From the NCBI RefSeq assembly GCF_009914755.1, contig NC_060928.1: DNA of 64,000 nt; one strand, given 5' to 3'. This stretch comes from the human T2T-CHM13v2.0 reference genome, Homo sapiens. This document shows, in pieces, positions 1-14,720 of the stretch. Within the stretch, counting starts at the first letter, position 1, and every line of letters starts with the position of its first letter. Both the position numbers and the translations under genes were made by a program. Under the pieces are notes generated by a model. The model ran no database searches. It saw nothing but the letters and a program-made list of their open reading frames with translations, and was not told the DNA's origin.

Positions 1-760
1 TTATGCAGCCAACAAACATATGAAAAAAAGATCATCATCCCTGGTCATTACAGAAATGCAAATCAAAACCACAATGAGATGCCATCTCATGCCAGTTAGA
101 ATGGCGATCATTAAAAAAGTCAGAAAACAACAGATGTTGGAGAGAATGTAGAGAAATAGGAATGCTTTTACATTGTTGGAGGGAGTATAAATTAGTTCAA
201 CCATTGTGGAAGACAGTGTGGCAATTCCTCAAGATCTAGAACTAGAAATACCATTTGACCCAGCAATCCCATTACTAGGTATATACCCAAAGGATTATAA
301 ATCATTCTACTATAAAGGCACATGCACACTTATGTTTACTGCAGCACTGTTCACAATAGCAAAGACTTGGAACCAACCCAAATGCCCATCAATGATAGAC
401 TGGATGAAGCAAATGTGGCACATATTCACCATGGAATACTATGCAGCCATAAATAAGGATGAGTTCATGTCCTTTGCAGGGACATGGATGACGCTGGAAA
501 CCATCATTCTCAGCAAGCTGACACAAGAACAGAAAACCAAACACCACATGTTCTCACTCATAAGTGGGAGCTGATCAGTGAGAACACATGAACACAGGGA
601 AGGGAACATCACACACTGGAGCCTTTGAGGGGGTGGGGGGCTAGAGGAGGAATAGGGTTGATGGGTGCAGCAAACCACCATGGCACGTGTATACCTATGT
701 AACAAACCTGCACGTTCTGCACATGTACCCCAGAACTTAAAGTATAATTTAAAAAAGAAT
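1..760 (+). mobile_element. L1PA 3' portion (ORF2 C-terminus and 3' UTR), cut by the window start
   Basis: ORF 206-574 encodes the L1 ORF2p C-terminus ([16 protein letters not shown]...HMFSLISGS). The 3' UTR ends in cagaacttaaagtataat followed by an A-rich tail. Confidence 0.97.
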
Positions 761-1206
761 TTTTTTATCTGTTCTTATCCATTTAATTTTCCAGGTGAAT
801 TTTATAAAGTGAAACATGAATTGCATCAAATATAAAAATAATTTAGGTAAAAATTGAGTCTCTCCTGCCAGGATCATGATATTTTCTATAATGAGACAAT
901 CTTCAGCAATCTCTCTCACTCCAGATAAGCGCATCACCCCGACGAGGATGCAGTGTGACTCTCAAGGAAGTCTACATGTTTTCATTTGCAGATTTAAGTG
1001 TTTATTTCTGCTTAGCTAATTCAAGTCAGTTGCAAAGTTGGTTGAGGCTCTTCCTTTCTCTCCAGTAGGCTTCACCTCAGTTTAGTTGGGGGATAAGAGT
1101 CTGGTAAAGGAAATCAGAACATGTCTATGCAGCCCCTTTCGGCCAGTCTTACATTACTATTCTTTGATGTTGCATGATTAAAGTTCACTTTCTTCATCTT
1201 TGTATG

Positions 1207-2204
1207 TGTAAACTAAATATAAAATCCTAAGCCCCCTCACTGACTGAACAGACAGACCTCCTTGCCACCAAGGAGACCCCAGAAAAGCCTTAAAACTGAG
1301 TTTCTGGCCATGACAAGACAGGAGGTCAGACACACCTCATGATAACTCCCCTCTCTTTATGGTTCAGATACAACAATATTAATGTTAAATTAATTAAATG
1401 TTAATGTTAAATTAATAAACATTAATAAACAACAACATTAATGTTAAATTAATAAAAACAGCATTAATGTTAAAACTGAGATCATAAGATTCACAGAGCA
1501 GACTCTTCACGGCAATAAAGAAACAAATTATAAATGGGACTTAATGCCATGCCAAGCAAGGGTTAAGTCACACACTCCTACACTTAGAGAATAAACTATG
1601 TTCTGACTGCCACAAGGTTTTTCTTTTTCTCTAGCAGTTAAACAAGCACTGGCCTCTAGATCAGCAACATTAAAACAATTACAACCCTCCCAGTCACAGA
1701 CACTGACAAGCTGTACCCCCTGTTTCACCAGCCATAACTACAGCTTACTTTGGACAGGGGACTGACTTCAGTCACTTTCTCCTGACCATGGATTGGTTCT
1801 GGCTGGTTTACAGAGGCTGCACACTGGAGTGCCTTCATGTCCAGAAAAGACCTTTCGACATATAAGGCCTAATTGTAATACATTTAAGTGTTAAGTCGCC
1901 ACCCCAAAATGAACATGGGCCTTACGGTACATGCATGTTCCTTCAATACACATGCAGCAGGACTACCTTCATGAATATTCAGAGCTCCTTCTGTAACCTT
2001 TTGAATACACAGGTTTAGCCAGTTCTTTCAACATAAAGCTCCTACCCCAACCCCTCCTCCTCTGAAGAGCCTGTCTCCGGTCTTGGTCGGAGGCTGTGCT
2101 TCCCAGCCTGTGGGGTGGCCACCTAGCACGCTGTACACCTTTATAAGAAATAAAGTCTTCTTTTCCAAATGTATAAATTGTGTGGGTGTTTTTTTAAGTT
2201 GACA
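1207..2204 (+). mobile_element. Solo ERV1-class LTR, MER49/MER4-like
   Basis: Begins TGTAAACTAAATATAAAATCCTAAGCCCCC and ends AAGTTGACA, with AATAAA near 2149. Flanks are tatg/taca. Subfamily is from recalled consensus. Confidence 0.8.
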
Positions 2205-2308
2205 TACATCAGCACAGCTTGGTGATTTCACAACTAATATGATTGTCTTACAGATGTCAGAGATTTAGCTAACACTTATTTCAACACGGCAGTAGGTGTC
2301 TGTATACT

Positions 2309-3243
2309 TGTTTGGAAAAAAACACAAGCCACTTATTGCTTCGCTTTCACACCACCACCACAACAATCATCAACACAGAGGACTTCTGTGACCCATTGTG
2401 TGGGGCTCTCTGCACCACCAAGTAAGCAACCAATTCTGTAGCAGAAATCAACTTGGTGTCCTCCAATTCAGTTCTGATTCTATCTACCTGGTGGTAGCGT
2501 CAGATCTGGCAAGTGAGGGCTCAGTCCTTGAGACTGCATCCCACCCCTTCAGACACCAGTCACAAGTTTGGGCTTCCAGGACTTCTGACCCACCAGCTTC
2601 AAGATGGGGTTCCCATAACTCCCTCTTTAGGTTTGATTAATTTGCTAGAATGGCTCACCAAGCTCAGGGAACGACTTGCTTACATTTACTGGTTTATTAT
2701 AAAGGATATTACAAAGGATACAGATGAAGCAGTGCATAGCAGGAGGGGCCGAGAGCTTCCATGCCCTCCCTGGGTGCGCCACCCTCCAGGAACCTCCATG
2801 TGTTCAGCTATCTGGAAACTCTCTTAGCCCTGCCCTCTTGAGTTTTTATGGTAGCTTTTTCACCTAGAGATGATTGAAATATACAACCATACTGAAATAT
2901 GATTGGACAAAAAGGGTATGAACTAAACTCAGCAATGCCTGTCGGTGCAGATTCTTTTTGGCCTCTCTGTGTAGCATTTTTTCTTCCGGGATATGGAGCA
3001 GGACACTCTCTGGCAGGTGAAAGGAGGATAGGAGAGCATCAGAGAGAGATTCTTTTTATTGTAATAAAGGTTATGAGAGATATGAGCCAGCAACTGTGGA
3101 TGAAAATACATATATATATCATATTTTATATATGGTCTATATCATATACATAATACAATATATCATATTTTATATAGCATATATAATATTATATATGTGA
3201 TATTTATATATGAATATCATATATAAAATATGATATATATACA
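2309..3243 (-). mobile_element. Solo LTR, MER21 family
   Basis: Contains MER21-type blocks (gtttgattaatttgctagaatggctcac; ggtttattataaaggatattacaaaggatacagatgaa). TG..CA termini with flanks atact/atacc. Includes a TA-rich expansion at about 3105-3240. Confidence 0.8.
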
Positions 3244-3329
3244 ATACCTAAAATGATGCAGTCACCATTATTTGGTTGCTGTGTCCTCCACTTACCCTCA
3301 CCCCTAGGTAGATTCAGCCAGTGAATTTT

Positions 3330-3575
3330 AGTGGAAAGGCCATCGACTTTGAACCAGCACAGGCCTGGATTAGTATTTCACCAGAGTCATTCAAAAGATG
3401 TATAACCTTAGCCCAACGGACTCATTCTTCCGAACCTCAGTATCTTCACCTATTAAACAGGGATAAAAGCAATGGTAAAGCTATGTGAATATTAACCAAG
3501 ATCACACAATAATAAGTGTCTAGTATAATGTCTGATATTATGAGAAGGTCCCAAATAAAAATGAACTGCTATTAA
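3330..3575 (+). mobile_element. MIR SINE relic
   Basis: Degenerate MIR core (aacctcagtatcttcacctattaaacaggg). Boundaries approximate. Confidence 0.6.
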
Positions 3576-3629
3576 TGGCATCAGCAATAATAAGATATGT
3601 CTAAATCATGTAATAGCAAATAATGATGA

Positions 3630-3900
3630 AAACCTGGCTCAGGCTGTATAATCATCTAGATGTGTATTTAAATCTTAGCTACACCAATTACAAACTATGT
3701 AAATACATAGAATATATTCACACCTCTGGCAAGTTACTTAACACCTCTGAAAATAAGTTCCCACATATATATTGTAGAAAATAATACAAACCTTATCGAG
3801 TTAAAATGAAAGTTAAATAAGATTCTGTGTATAAGGAATTTAGCCCAGTTTCTAGCACATGAAAAGCCCACAATTGATGGTAACAACTATTGTATTATGA
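3630..3900 (+). mobile_element. MIR SINE relic
   Basis: ggcaagttacttaacacctctg core and MIR-like 3' end. Boundaries approximate. Confidence 0.65.
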
Positions 3901-4924
3901 CTGTTGTTAGACATTGTAAAGGCCAAGTAAGTTAGGGTGTAGAAAGCTCTAAAAGGATACCCTAGGTAGGAAGTGCTAAAATTGCAGCAATCAACACTTA
4001 TCACCACAAATATAACTACCATCACTACTACCTCTACTACCAATATTATTAAAGATCGACTTAGCAATTCCAAACTTCTAAATGTCAGAATTGAACAGAT
4101 GATTACAATGAGTGGTGCATATGTACAAGACAAAAGTATTCCCCCAAATTTCTAGTCTCTGCACACTCACCTTCATCCTGTAGACTAATTTCTCATTGAC
4201 AAATGAATCTTCCCTTAATGCTATTTGTTTTGTTTTAAGTTCAGGTATAGAAACAAGATTTCACATGTTGGTCATCTAAAAAATAGTACTTGGACTTTTC
4301 TACAAAAAGTTCAAACCTAGCTAAGCAGGTATTCTTCCCCAAACCCAGCAAGACTATGATGATTACTATTCAGAAATTCGAAAGCCCACAAATCTTTTTT
4401 TTTTTTTTTTTCAGTATCTTTAACCTGCTGGTGATCATATTCTCTGGACTTCAATAAGCTTCCCTGCCTCTTAGTGAATAATCTAGGACCTTCATTTCCT
4501 GAATAGGAGTAGAAACACATCGGTGAATTTTACTCATCAGGAAACATTGAATTATTTTCCTTAGAAGCAGCTAGATTCAGCATCTGAGAGAAATACAAAA
4601 GACTTTTTCCTTTCTCGTGCCATGAAACTAAATTCAGTCTTCATGACCAGGAAGTTAGAAAAGAACTTACTCTTGTGAGTGACTAAAGGGGAATATATCA
4701 TCCTTTGAGAGAAATAACATATCCCAGAGGACACAGAAATGGTCTGAGAGGTGGGAGATGTAGTTTATTTTTCTGGGTCCTACATGATCATCTGTATAAT
4801 CTGATTTAAATTCTGCACTGTTGATATATATCATATTATTTTCTTACCAGTATACTGGGATTAATCAGAAACATGAAGAAAGAGACAAAGGTGAAGATGA
4901 ACGAACTAGGTAATTTAACATTTG

Positions 4925-5085
4925 TTTGCTCTAGTTAATTGCTGCAACAACTTAATGAAGAGTTATCTTCATTTTAGAGATAGGGAAACAGAGGCTTATA
5001 GGACTAAATTACTCACATATATCAACATCTGGATAGCAGCAGAGACAAGATTTGAGACTCAGTTGTCAATGTCACTGTTCTCTTT
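4925..5085 (-). mobile_element. MIR SINE relic
   Basis: cattttagagatagggaaacagaggct, the antisense MIR core. Confidence 0.65.
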
Positions 5086-5222
5086 TTGTTCATGCTATAT
5101 GGTCTTAAAACAACAACAGTAAAATAACAACAAAAAAAGACCTTTGTTTCTCCTGCCCTAAACTGACTTTATCCACCTTTGCCTCTATAGATACAAGTTT
5201 TCTTTAGTGACTCTTGCTACTG

Positions 5223-5633
5223 TTTTTTTTTTTTAAACTTTTATTTTAGGTTCAGGGGTACATGCACAGGTGTGTTATTTAGGTAAACTCACGTCACAGG
5301 GGTTTGTTGTACAGATTATTTTGTCACCCAGGTACTAAGCCTAGTACTCAGTGATTATTATTTCTGATCCTCTCCCTCCTTCAACCCTCTATTCTCAAAA
5401 ATTGACAAATGGTATCTAACTAAACAAAGAGCTTCTGCACAGCAACAGAAACTATCAACAGGGTAAACAGACAACCTACAAAATGGGAGAAAATATTTTC
5501 AATCTGTGCCTCTGACAAAGGTCGAATATCCAGCATCTATAAGGAACTTAGACAAATTTACAAGAGAAAAACAAATAACCCCATTAAAAAGTGGGCAAAG
5601 GACATGAAGAGACACTTTTCACAAGGAGACATA
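5223..5633 (-). mobile_element. Older L1PA (about PA13-16) with 5' inversion
   Basis: Poly-T plus antisense 3' UTR (5223 to about 5397) is joined directly to a sense ORF2 segment (aaattgacaaatgg...ggagacatata). Confidence 0.9.
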
Positions 5634-7376
5634 TAGATATAATTAATTTCCTTAAGGTTTACAAGCAGGTGGTAAATAATCCAAGACCACCCTACCCCAC
5701 TCAACCCCACCACACATGCCAGGGTTACATTATTGGAGAAAAACCCATTGGAATAAATATAACATCCAGGCCAAAGAAGCCCAACTCAAGCTCCATTTTG
5801 TAAGGGCTGTAGTTTAGCTGAGTTGCTAATTCCCGGGCATGAGAATCTTTATTGCTATTATCACTTGAGGCCTGTGTCTGTTCGTAATACCTGGAGGGGT
5901 TCCTTATTTTGCAATTTTATACTATCAACAGAAAAGATTTATTGAGATGAGCTGTGTGAACCAGACTATAAATTCAGATCCTATTGCTCTAGTTTTATTT
6001 GATACTCACACAGACAGAAGGCCCTTTCTTAAGCTGACAACCTATAATGGACGTTTATTACCTTGTATGCACAAGAATATGTCTGGTTTAGATATCATCT
6101 TTTATATACCTATCTTTTGTATATGAGGACATTCTTTTAAAACATGCTTTTATTATTAATGAAATATAGTTATATGTATTACATAGAATGGTGTTCTCCC
6201 TAGGGTGTTCAATTATAATGTTTTCTAGGAAGTGGTTTTTAATGTTCATATCAGTTGGTAGGTAATAAGATGTGGTAATTTTTTTACTTTCTTCTTTTTT
6301 TATATTATTTGTATTATTGTATTTTTTATATTATATTATATATAATTCTTCAGAATGAGCATGTATTATATATTATTTTCATATAATCCATATGAGGTAT
6401 TCTATTATAACAATATATATGGGGCACACAAAATTCTGTCTCTTAAAATGTGTTATGCTATTAAAACAGTAAAGTAAAAATATTATTATCAATTAGACTG
6501 CCATGTTGTAACTGTATAACAGTAAAACCTATAGAGTACGTGAATGACCTTACATTGAACTGAGAAAAATCCCATTCCAAAAAAATAACAAAGCAGTTGC
6601 TTCCAAACAACCCCTCATACATTAGCTTCCTCCCATTTGGGCATGGATGCTGGATAAATGATACAAGCCTACTGACATTCACATAATATCCAAACTCACA
6701 TTACAGCAAAGCATGATATTAAAGCATTTGACTGTATTTATTTTGCTAAAATAATAATTTTGTTCAAATGGTGGAGGAGTAATGATGTGTATTAATTTAA
6801 CTGAGAGACCACCTCCTCCACCCCATACCTCTAGCTCAGGTCTTTATTAACTCACATGTGTGCCCCAATCCTTACCTCAAGTAGTATTATTTATTTACCT
6901 ACTCTTTGTATGAAGCAGAACCCACAGAATGAAGAGAGCTAAGAGGCTGAGTTTATCTACACAATAAAGGGTTGACACGGAGAGAGAAGAAAGACAGAAA
7001 ACCATACAGGTGGGTTTAAATGAATATTTGGAGAGTTTAGCATCTGAAAGACTACATATTATATATATATGAGATATATATTTACATATGTAATAATATA
7101 TATAAATATTACAAAGTACCTGTAAAACATATCTAAACTCAGAGTGGAAACGAATGAGTTTGGGAAGTATTGTTAACTATCAATTTGTTGCCTTTTTTTT
7201 ATATCAAGCTTTTATCAAATAAGTGTTAATATTTGTTTCTAATTATTGTTGGCTTTCTGGCCTGTGCCTTTTCGAATACTATTCTATGTAAAGACTGAGT
7301 CATATGGACTCCAAACATATCTAGTTTCAAATTCAATATAAATGAAATACTTTTCTGGTATCAACAGATCTTTTTA

Positions 7377-7763
<387 letters not shown>

Positions 7764-9737
7764 TCATTCATCTACTTTGCTAATATTCTATGATGACTGC
7801 AATACTCCATCAGAACAGTCACCTTGATTTTTGGCTAATTTCAGAGGCTCTAAAATTTCTCTGTTTATCTCTTATAGTAGAAAATATTCACAAGCTGTTC
7901 TTCTGTAGTTCAAAATATTGTTCATAATTTTCTGCTACCATGCTCAGTTTAAGACGAAGAAGGCCAAAAACCTTGTGATTGACAATGATAGTCATTACTA
8001 GCCTGGACTAAGAAAGCACTGCGTTATCAAAGCATAAGGACCAGCCCTTATATCAGGACAGAGGTGCCAGGGCAGGGCTTCCCTAACAGTTTACATTGAA
8101 AAGAGAAATAAATTATTTACTTCTTGTTCTTTTTTAAAAAAGTCCTCTTAATGCTGTTTATAGTCATGAACGTTTTTCTCCAATTAATTTCTGCATGGTA
8201 CCATGTGGAAATCTGTTGATAGTATTGATAGCTAACAATACTTCCAAAACTCATTCTTTCCAATCTGAGTTTAGATATGTTTTACAGGAACTCTGTAGCT
8301 GAAAATCTGTGTTTGGGTTTGGACTTTATCAATTTTTGAAAAGAAAAGAGTATACATAGCCATAGTAATAGCTTTTTCTTTCTGTAAGACATATATAATA
8401 TAAAGATGTATTGAATTCTACTGTTTTCATAAAACCTTGACTTGGAGAATATGTACTTTTCACACAAAAAAATAAAAATACATTTCTTCCTTCCTTTACT
8501 ATTGTTTTCAGGTGATTTTCCCCAGCAATAAACTTTAAGGTTTCATAAAATAAATATTAAATCATACTAATTGCATTATAGTCATTATTTTTCTTTTGAG
8601 GCAAATGAATTACCAATAGGGTTTTGAAAGTGCATACCACAGATGAGTAATATGTCTAACATTTCAATTAAACATACTATGGCTGAAAATTAACTATCTA
8701 GTTCAAAAGTTCAACAGAACATAGATAAATCAGTTGCTTACCATGAGACCTGTTGCTAAGTGAGGATGTTTTTGTCAATTTGGAAAAAGAGAGCATCAAC
8801 TATTAATCTATTAGAGTTTTCTTGCTTTCCTTGCAACTTTCATCTCAAATTATTCTTTTGCTTTCAGTCTTTTAAAAACAGTCCTGCTGGCTTTAGTTCA
8901 CTTCTTTGGCTTCACAGCTTCAAGGAAGGTTTTAAAGACAGAGGTCACATATCACCCTAGCAACCTGGTTGGAGAGAAGTGATGTTTTCTAAAATATTAT
9001 AAAGCAAATCAAGCATCTGGCTGATTTATTAGATAGGGCTAGCCACTTGTTCTTAACTAGTCATGTTGTCCTGGTGAAAAGTGAACAGTGCCAGGTCTTA
9101 AAGGTGTTAAATGTGTTTCCTAAAAGCGTTATGTGCAATGGCAAGATCAGCTCTTTATTCTCAAAAGAGTACATTAGCAAATAACTACTAAATTAATGTG
9201 AACTATTTTTTTGTGTGTATGTAAGTGGTGTTTGGCCAAAATCAAGTAACTGGCAAAATACTCAGGCTGAATATGAATAGGCACTGTTTGAGAATATGTA
9301 AAACATGTTATCTGGTAAAAAGTTGCAAATTGAATAATTACGTTGCAGTCTCAATATGGACACATACTTTCTTTTTTCATTATTAAAGAAAACAAACAGT
9401 CACCTAAGGTGGCTACACACAGGCATACTCACTACTAATAAAGAGATACCATGTTTTCCTCTCTCCTGCCATGTGTGAGGTTTCCTAACAGTGAGGGCTT
9501 CCAATCGTGGATTAATACTTTTCATCTTTCTTCTGCAATTTCTAGATCAACACTGGAACCAAAAATTTTGCACACTTCTACACCAACATACCAGAAAATT
9601 AGAAACACTAACCACGGCTATTAAAAAGCAAACACATTTCCCAACATTGTCTATTATTCTTACTCCTATCTTTTTTTCTCTTTATTATAAAATCTCAGCT
9701 TGGTCCAAGAGAAAGAAGTAAATAAACAAAATTCCAG

Positions 9738-10049
9738 GGCCAGGCTCGGTGGTTCACACCTGTAATTCCAGCACTTTGGGAGTCCTAGGTGGGTGGATCA
9801 CGAGGTCAGGAGTTCGAGACCAGCTTGACCAATATGGTGAAACCCCTTCTCTACTAAAAATACAAAAATTAGCTGGGCATGGTGGTGCGCACCTGTAGTC
9901 CCAGCTGCTCGGGAGGGAGGCAGGAGAATCGCTTGAACCCAGGAGATGGAGGTTGCAGTGAGCCGAGATCGCACTACTGCACTCCAACCTGGATGACAGA
10001 GCAAGAGTCTGTCTCAAAAAACAAAAAGAAAATGAAAAAAAAAGAAAAG
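9738..10049 (+). mobile_element. AluS (Sg-like), full length
   Basis: gatcacgaggtcaggagttcgag diagnostic and TSD aaaattccag. Confidence 0.95.
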
Positions 10050-10392
10050 AAAATTCCAGAGAGATGACAGAGGGATTTGGGGCTTGTGACAGCCATATTA
10101 TTGCAAAGCTATCAGACACCAGCTCTCTGGTGGCTCTCTGTGCAAATCATTCCAAAGTGATAACTGTCAAAATTTTCCCCCACTCTAAGGGAAGCATTAT
10201 ATTAGCGCATGATCTCCACTGAATTCCAACAGCAACTCACTTTTGCCCAAAAGCTAAATGGACTCTTAACTACCATCTTATCTAAATAGCTTCATTACTG
10301 ATAGAATATGTTAGAAAAGAGGACAATGAGAGACCCTCAGAATTTGGCTTATTAAGAGTAACATTTAAGAACGAGTGCCCATGTCCTTGCTT

Positions 10393-10954
10393 TGTAACTG
10401 AATGCAGGTTCAGCCACTCACTGCTTGAGAAGTCAAATAACAAGGACGAGATTCCATAGAAAGGAAGTGACTTTATTTGCCAAAGCTAGCAATGGGGAAG
10501 TGGTTCAGGCTCCTGCCTTAATGGAATTGCTTCAAATTTGGGGCAGAAAGGAAAAGCTTAAAAAGGGAAGTTTGGCATGAGGGAGATGCAGAAGGGGGCG
10601 AGGCAGTACAGGTCTATGTGACTTGTTCTGATGACGTATCTTGAGTTATTGCCCCATCCACTGAATGGGCTGGTGCCATGGCGGGCACAGCCAGGTTGTA
10701 AATTAACCACAGCCTTTAAGTGATCTCCTGATGGGGGAGAATTTCACAGGCACCTGGGTTGTTTTAAGATCTCCTCTCTGAAACTTTGAAGCAAACATAT
10801 AGTTACATAAGCTAGCGGTGTAAGGAGTGCCCGGTGCATAAACAGCAAAGGTTATAATCACATTCCTGAGAGCTAAGGCATGAGTATGCATGAAAAACAA
10901 GAAAAGGAGAAAAAGGAAAAAACTATTTTTAAGAAAAAAGGGTACTTGGTTACA
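10393..10954 (-). mobile_element. Solo ERV1-class LTR, subfamily uncertain
   Basis: Inverted termini TGTAAC...GTTACA, antisense AATAAA (tttatt near 10472), and ctt on both flanks. Confidence 0.75.
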
Positions 10955-11445
10955 CTTCTAGGTAATTACATTCTGATTGTTATGATGTCACAGGTGGGAA
11001 TGTTAGAAGAAAGATTTTAACAAGAATTCAAGAATATAATAAAATTGTAAACAGCATATAGAGCCTATTTTCTCTATAATCTGAAGACCAATTGCATGGC
11101 CTGTTGGAGTAAGACTCAGTACTCATTTTCTACCCACCTCCCACAACTCAATTATTTTTTCTCCCATATGTTGGTGTTTTTTTCTGTGAATGATTCTACA
11201 AACCCATAAAAATATTAAGTGATGGTTTAAATATTGTCTGATAACTCTCATGTACTTCTCAAAGGACTACAATACCATAGCCTTGTAGTAGTATAATTTG
11301 GCACTATGTTTCAAAAGACTTTAAAAAGTTCATTCTCTTTGACCTAGAAATTTTACTTCAAGGAGTTTTCTAGTAGGGAAATAATCAGGAATGTGCACAA
11401 AATCAGCTATAGGATATTAATTGTACATAATTTAAAAAGTGTAGG

Positions 11446-11752
<307 letters not shown>

Positions 11753-11935
11753 TCAAAATGCCCATCAATAAGAGATTGCTAAAATTAATTCTGATATATT
11801 AATAAAGTGAAATAATATACAGGCAATAAAAATATATTGTAATAATAATATGAGATTATCTTATTGCATGAACAAAATAAGTCATAGAAAAAATACAAAC
11901 TATGATTTTTTTTAGAAATAATTTTTAAAAATCTG

Positions 11936-12353
11936 CTCTTCCTGCCATCTTGGAACCTGTGGCAGTCTATTGGAAATAGGACTTTTAAAACATTTCTGGA
12001 AAGCTGTAGTCCAATGCTATAGCCAGTTTTCTTGACTATAAATAGGGTTTCCAAAACCAAACGGAGCACACAGCTCTTCTTAAAACTGAAGGTGGTTATG
12101 CCTGAGATGAAACTGAATTCTACTCAGGCAAGAGATATGCTTATGTATATAGAGCAAATCACAACACAGTGACGTCAGTGGTAAACCAAACCAAACAAAA
12201 GTAATCTGGGGAAAGGTAACCTGTGTCCATGGAAACAGTGGCATGATTTGTGCCAAATTCTGAAGCAATCTGCCTATTAAGGGCACTGGACACAAAATCC
12301 GTGTGAAGCTGTACCCCTAAAGGTTTTAAACTGATGAAAAGTAAATCAATAAA
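11936..12353 (+). pseudogene. RPL35AP: Processed pseudogene of ribosomal protein L35a (eL33)
   Basis: Pyrimidine-rich 5' leader, start codon mutated to ATT (11992), and intronless decayed frames reading ISGKL*S...[28 protein letters not shown] and [24 protein letters not shown]...LYP. These match RPL35A (MSGRLWS...[29 protein letters not shown]). It has multiple stops and a frameshift, with AATAAA at 12348-12353. Confidence 0.95.
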
Positions 12354-13060
12354 GGGGGAATTTGTGCTCTGGTATTTTTGTTAGGTGGCTTTTAAAAAGT
12401 ATTGCCCTGAATTGAGTTGTATGCTTAAAATGGCGAAGGTTATTCAGCATTTTCAGAGTATAAGGAAGTCAGAGCTATATGAACTACATGAATGATGATT
12501 GAAGGGTGATTACAGAGACTTAGACGATAACGAGGGTTTTAACGTATCTTAGTACAAGGCCTTATTGCATGGATTGTGGGGGATAAGTAAGCTTTGGGGA
12601 AAGTGCAAAGGGGACTGTCTTCATCATTATGATGAGAATTAGTGAAAGAAGCTTAAAATTATCCCTTAAATTACCTTGTAAGAGTATGTACTTGTTCAAT
12701 ATAGTTTGATTGGGAAACTGAAAAGCAAAAATGGAAATTAAAAATAATTTAAATGGAGATTATGTTGATGGTTTTTGGCAGCTCATTCAGATAGGCTAGG
12801 GCAAGATATCCTTGGAATTTGTGGCTGGACAAAGCATTCCAGTATATAACACTTGACTTGGAATAAGTAATGTATAAACTGAAAATATCAAAATAAAACC
12901 ATATAATTTCATCTAAAAAATGTATGCACATATATACAAATCAAAGCAGCAATAGCTAGAAGGATACACATTCAAAGGCCAATAGCAAGCAAAGATTTGG
13001 TGAGATTATGGTTGAGATAGGTAGCTAGATATGTCATATGCTATTCTTTAATTTTCCTGA

Positions 13061-13389
<329 letters not shown>

Positions 13390-13884
13390 CACTAACGTGC
13401 TGTTTTCAAATTAGCTAATAAACATAAGTTATACCTCTCATAGGTATTTACATTTGAAAAGTTTTATCACCAACACATTACTAGTCCTTCGCTAAAAAAG
13501 AAAGCAATTATCAAGAGAGATCAAATTCCATCCTATTCACCCTTTGCCTCAGGAAATAAAAAATGAGAAATTTGACCTACCAGACTAGTTCAGAAAAGTT
13601 ACCAAATCTTGTTATGGGACAGGTAGATGAAATATATTGCATGCTTAGCTAAGGATAAGATTTTTTCCATTCTTGTCAATGTACCAGTGTCAGAGAATGT
13701 AGGTAGGTACCTATCTTTTTATTTGTTTATGTTCAGGCTAAGATAGTTCTACTTGAAGAGAGAGAGAAGAAAAAAGGCTCAAATAGAGAAAAAAAGAAAG
13801 CTCAAACCTGAGTAATCAAACTTTTTCTGTTTCTAAGAGGCAAATGCAGAATGCCAGGGAAACAAATTATAGAAATATAGGGAG

Positions 13885-14720
13885 TGATACCACTACACAC
13901 TATTAGAATGACCAAAATCTAGAACACTGACAACAGCAAATGTTGGCAAGGATATGGAGCAACAGGAACACTCATTCACTGCTGGTGAGAATGCGAAATG
14001 ACACAGCCACTTTGAAAGACAGTTTGACATTTTCCTCCAAAACTAAACATATTATTATTATATGATTCAACAATTGTACTCCTTAGTATTTACCCAAATT
14101 GGATGAAAACTTATGGCACATAAAAACCTGCATACTGATATTCCTAGATATCCTTCAGTAGGTGAATGCACAAATAAATTGTGGTATATTCAGACAATAA
14201 ATCATTATTTAGCACTAAAAAGATATGAGTTATCATCATGAAAAAGCCTGGAGGAACCTTAAATGCATATGACTAAGTAAAAGAAAGCAATCTGAAAGGG
14301 CTACAGATTGTATAAATCCAACTATATGACACTGGAAAAGGCATGGAGACAGTGAAAATATGGTGACAGAAAAAAGATAAGTGGTTGCCAAGGGTTAGAG
14401 GGGTGGGATGAACAGGTGGAGCACAGAGGATTTTTAGGGAAGTGAAACTATTCTATATGATGTTATAGCAATGAACACATATCATTATACATTTGTCAAC
14501 ACCAATGGAATGTATAACACCAAGAATAAACCTCGATATGAACCACGGACTTTGGGTGATAATGATGTCTTAAATGTAGGCTCGTGATTGTAACAAACGT
14601 ACCACTGTGGTATCGGATTTTGATAGTGGAGAAACTGCATATGTGAGTAAAAGGAGTATATAAGAAATTGCTGTACCTTCCATTCAATTTCGCTGTGAGT
14701 CTAAAACTGTTCTGATAACA
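13885..14720 (+). mobile_element. L1MC (L1MC1-like) 3' end
   Basis: ORF2-end blocks (ggagcaacaggaacactcattcactgctgg) and an L1MC-type 3' UTR (ggactttgggtgataatgatgt). Confidence 0.85.

Noticed and set aside
8483-8533. Polypyrimidine tract plus CAG followed closely by AATAAA, as a possible terminal exon
   Set aside because: These motifs are common in AT-rich DNA and cannot be supported without transcript data.
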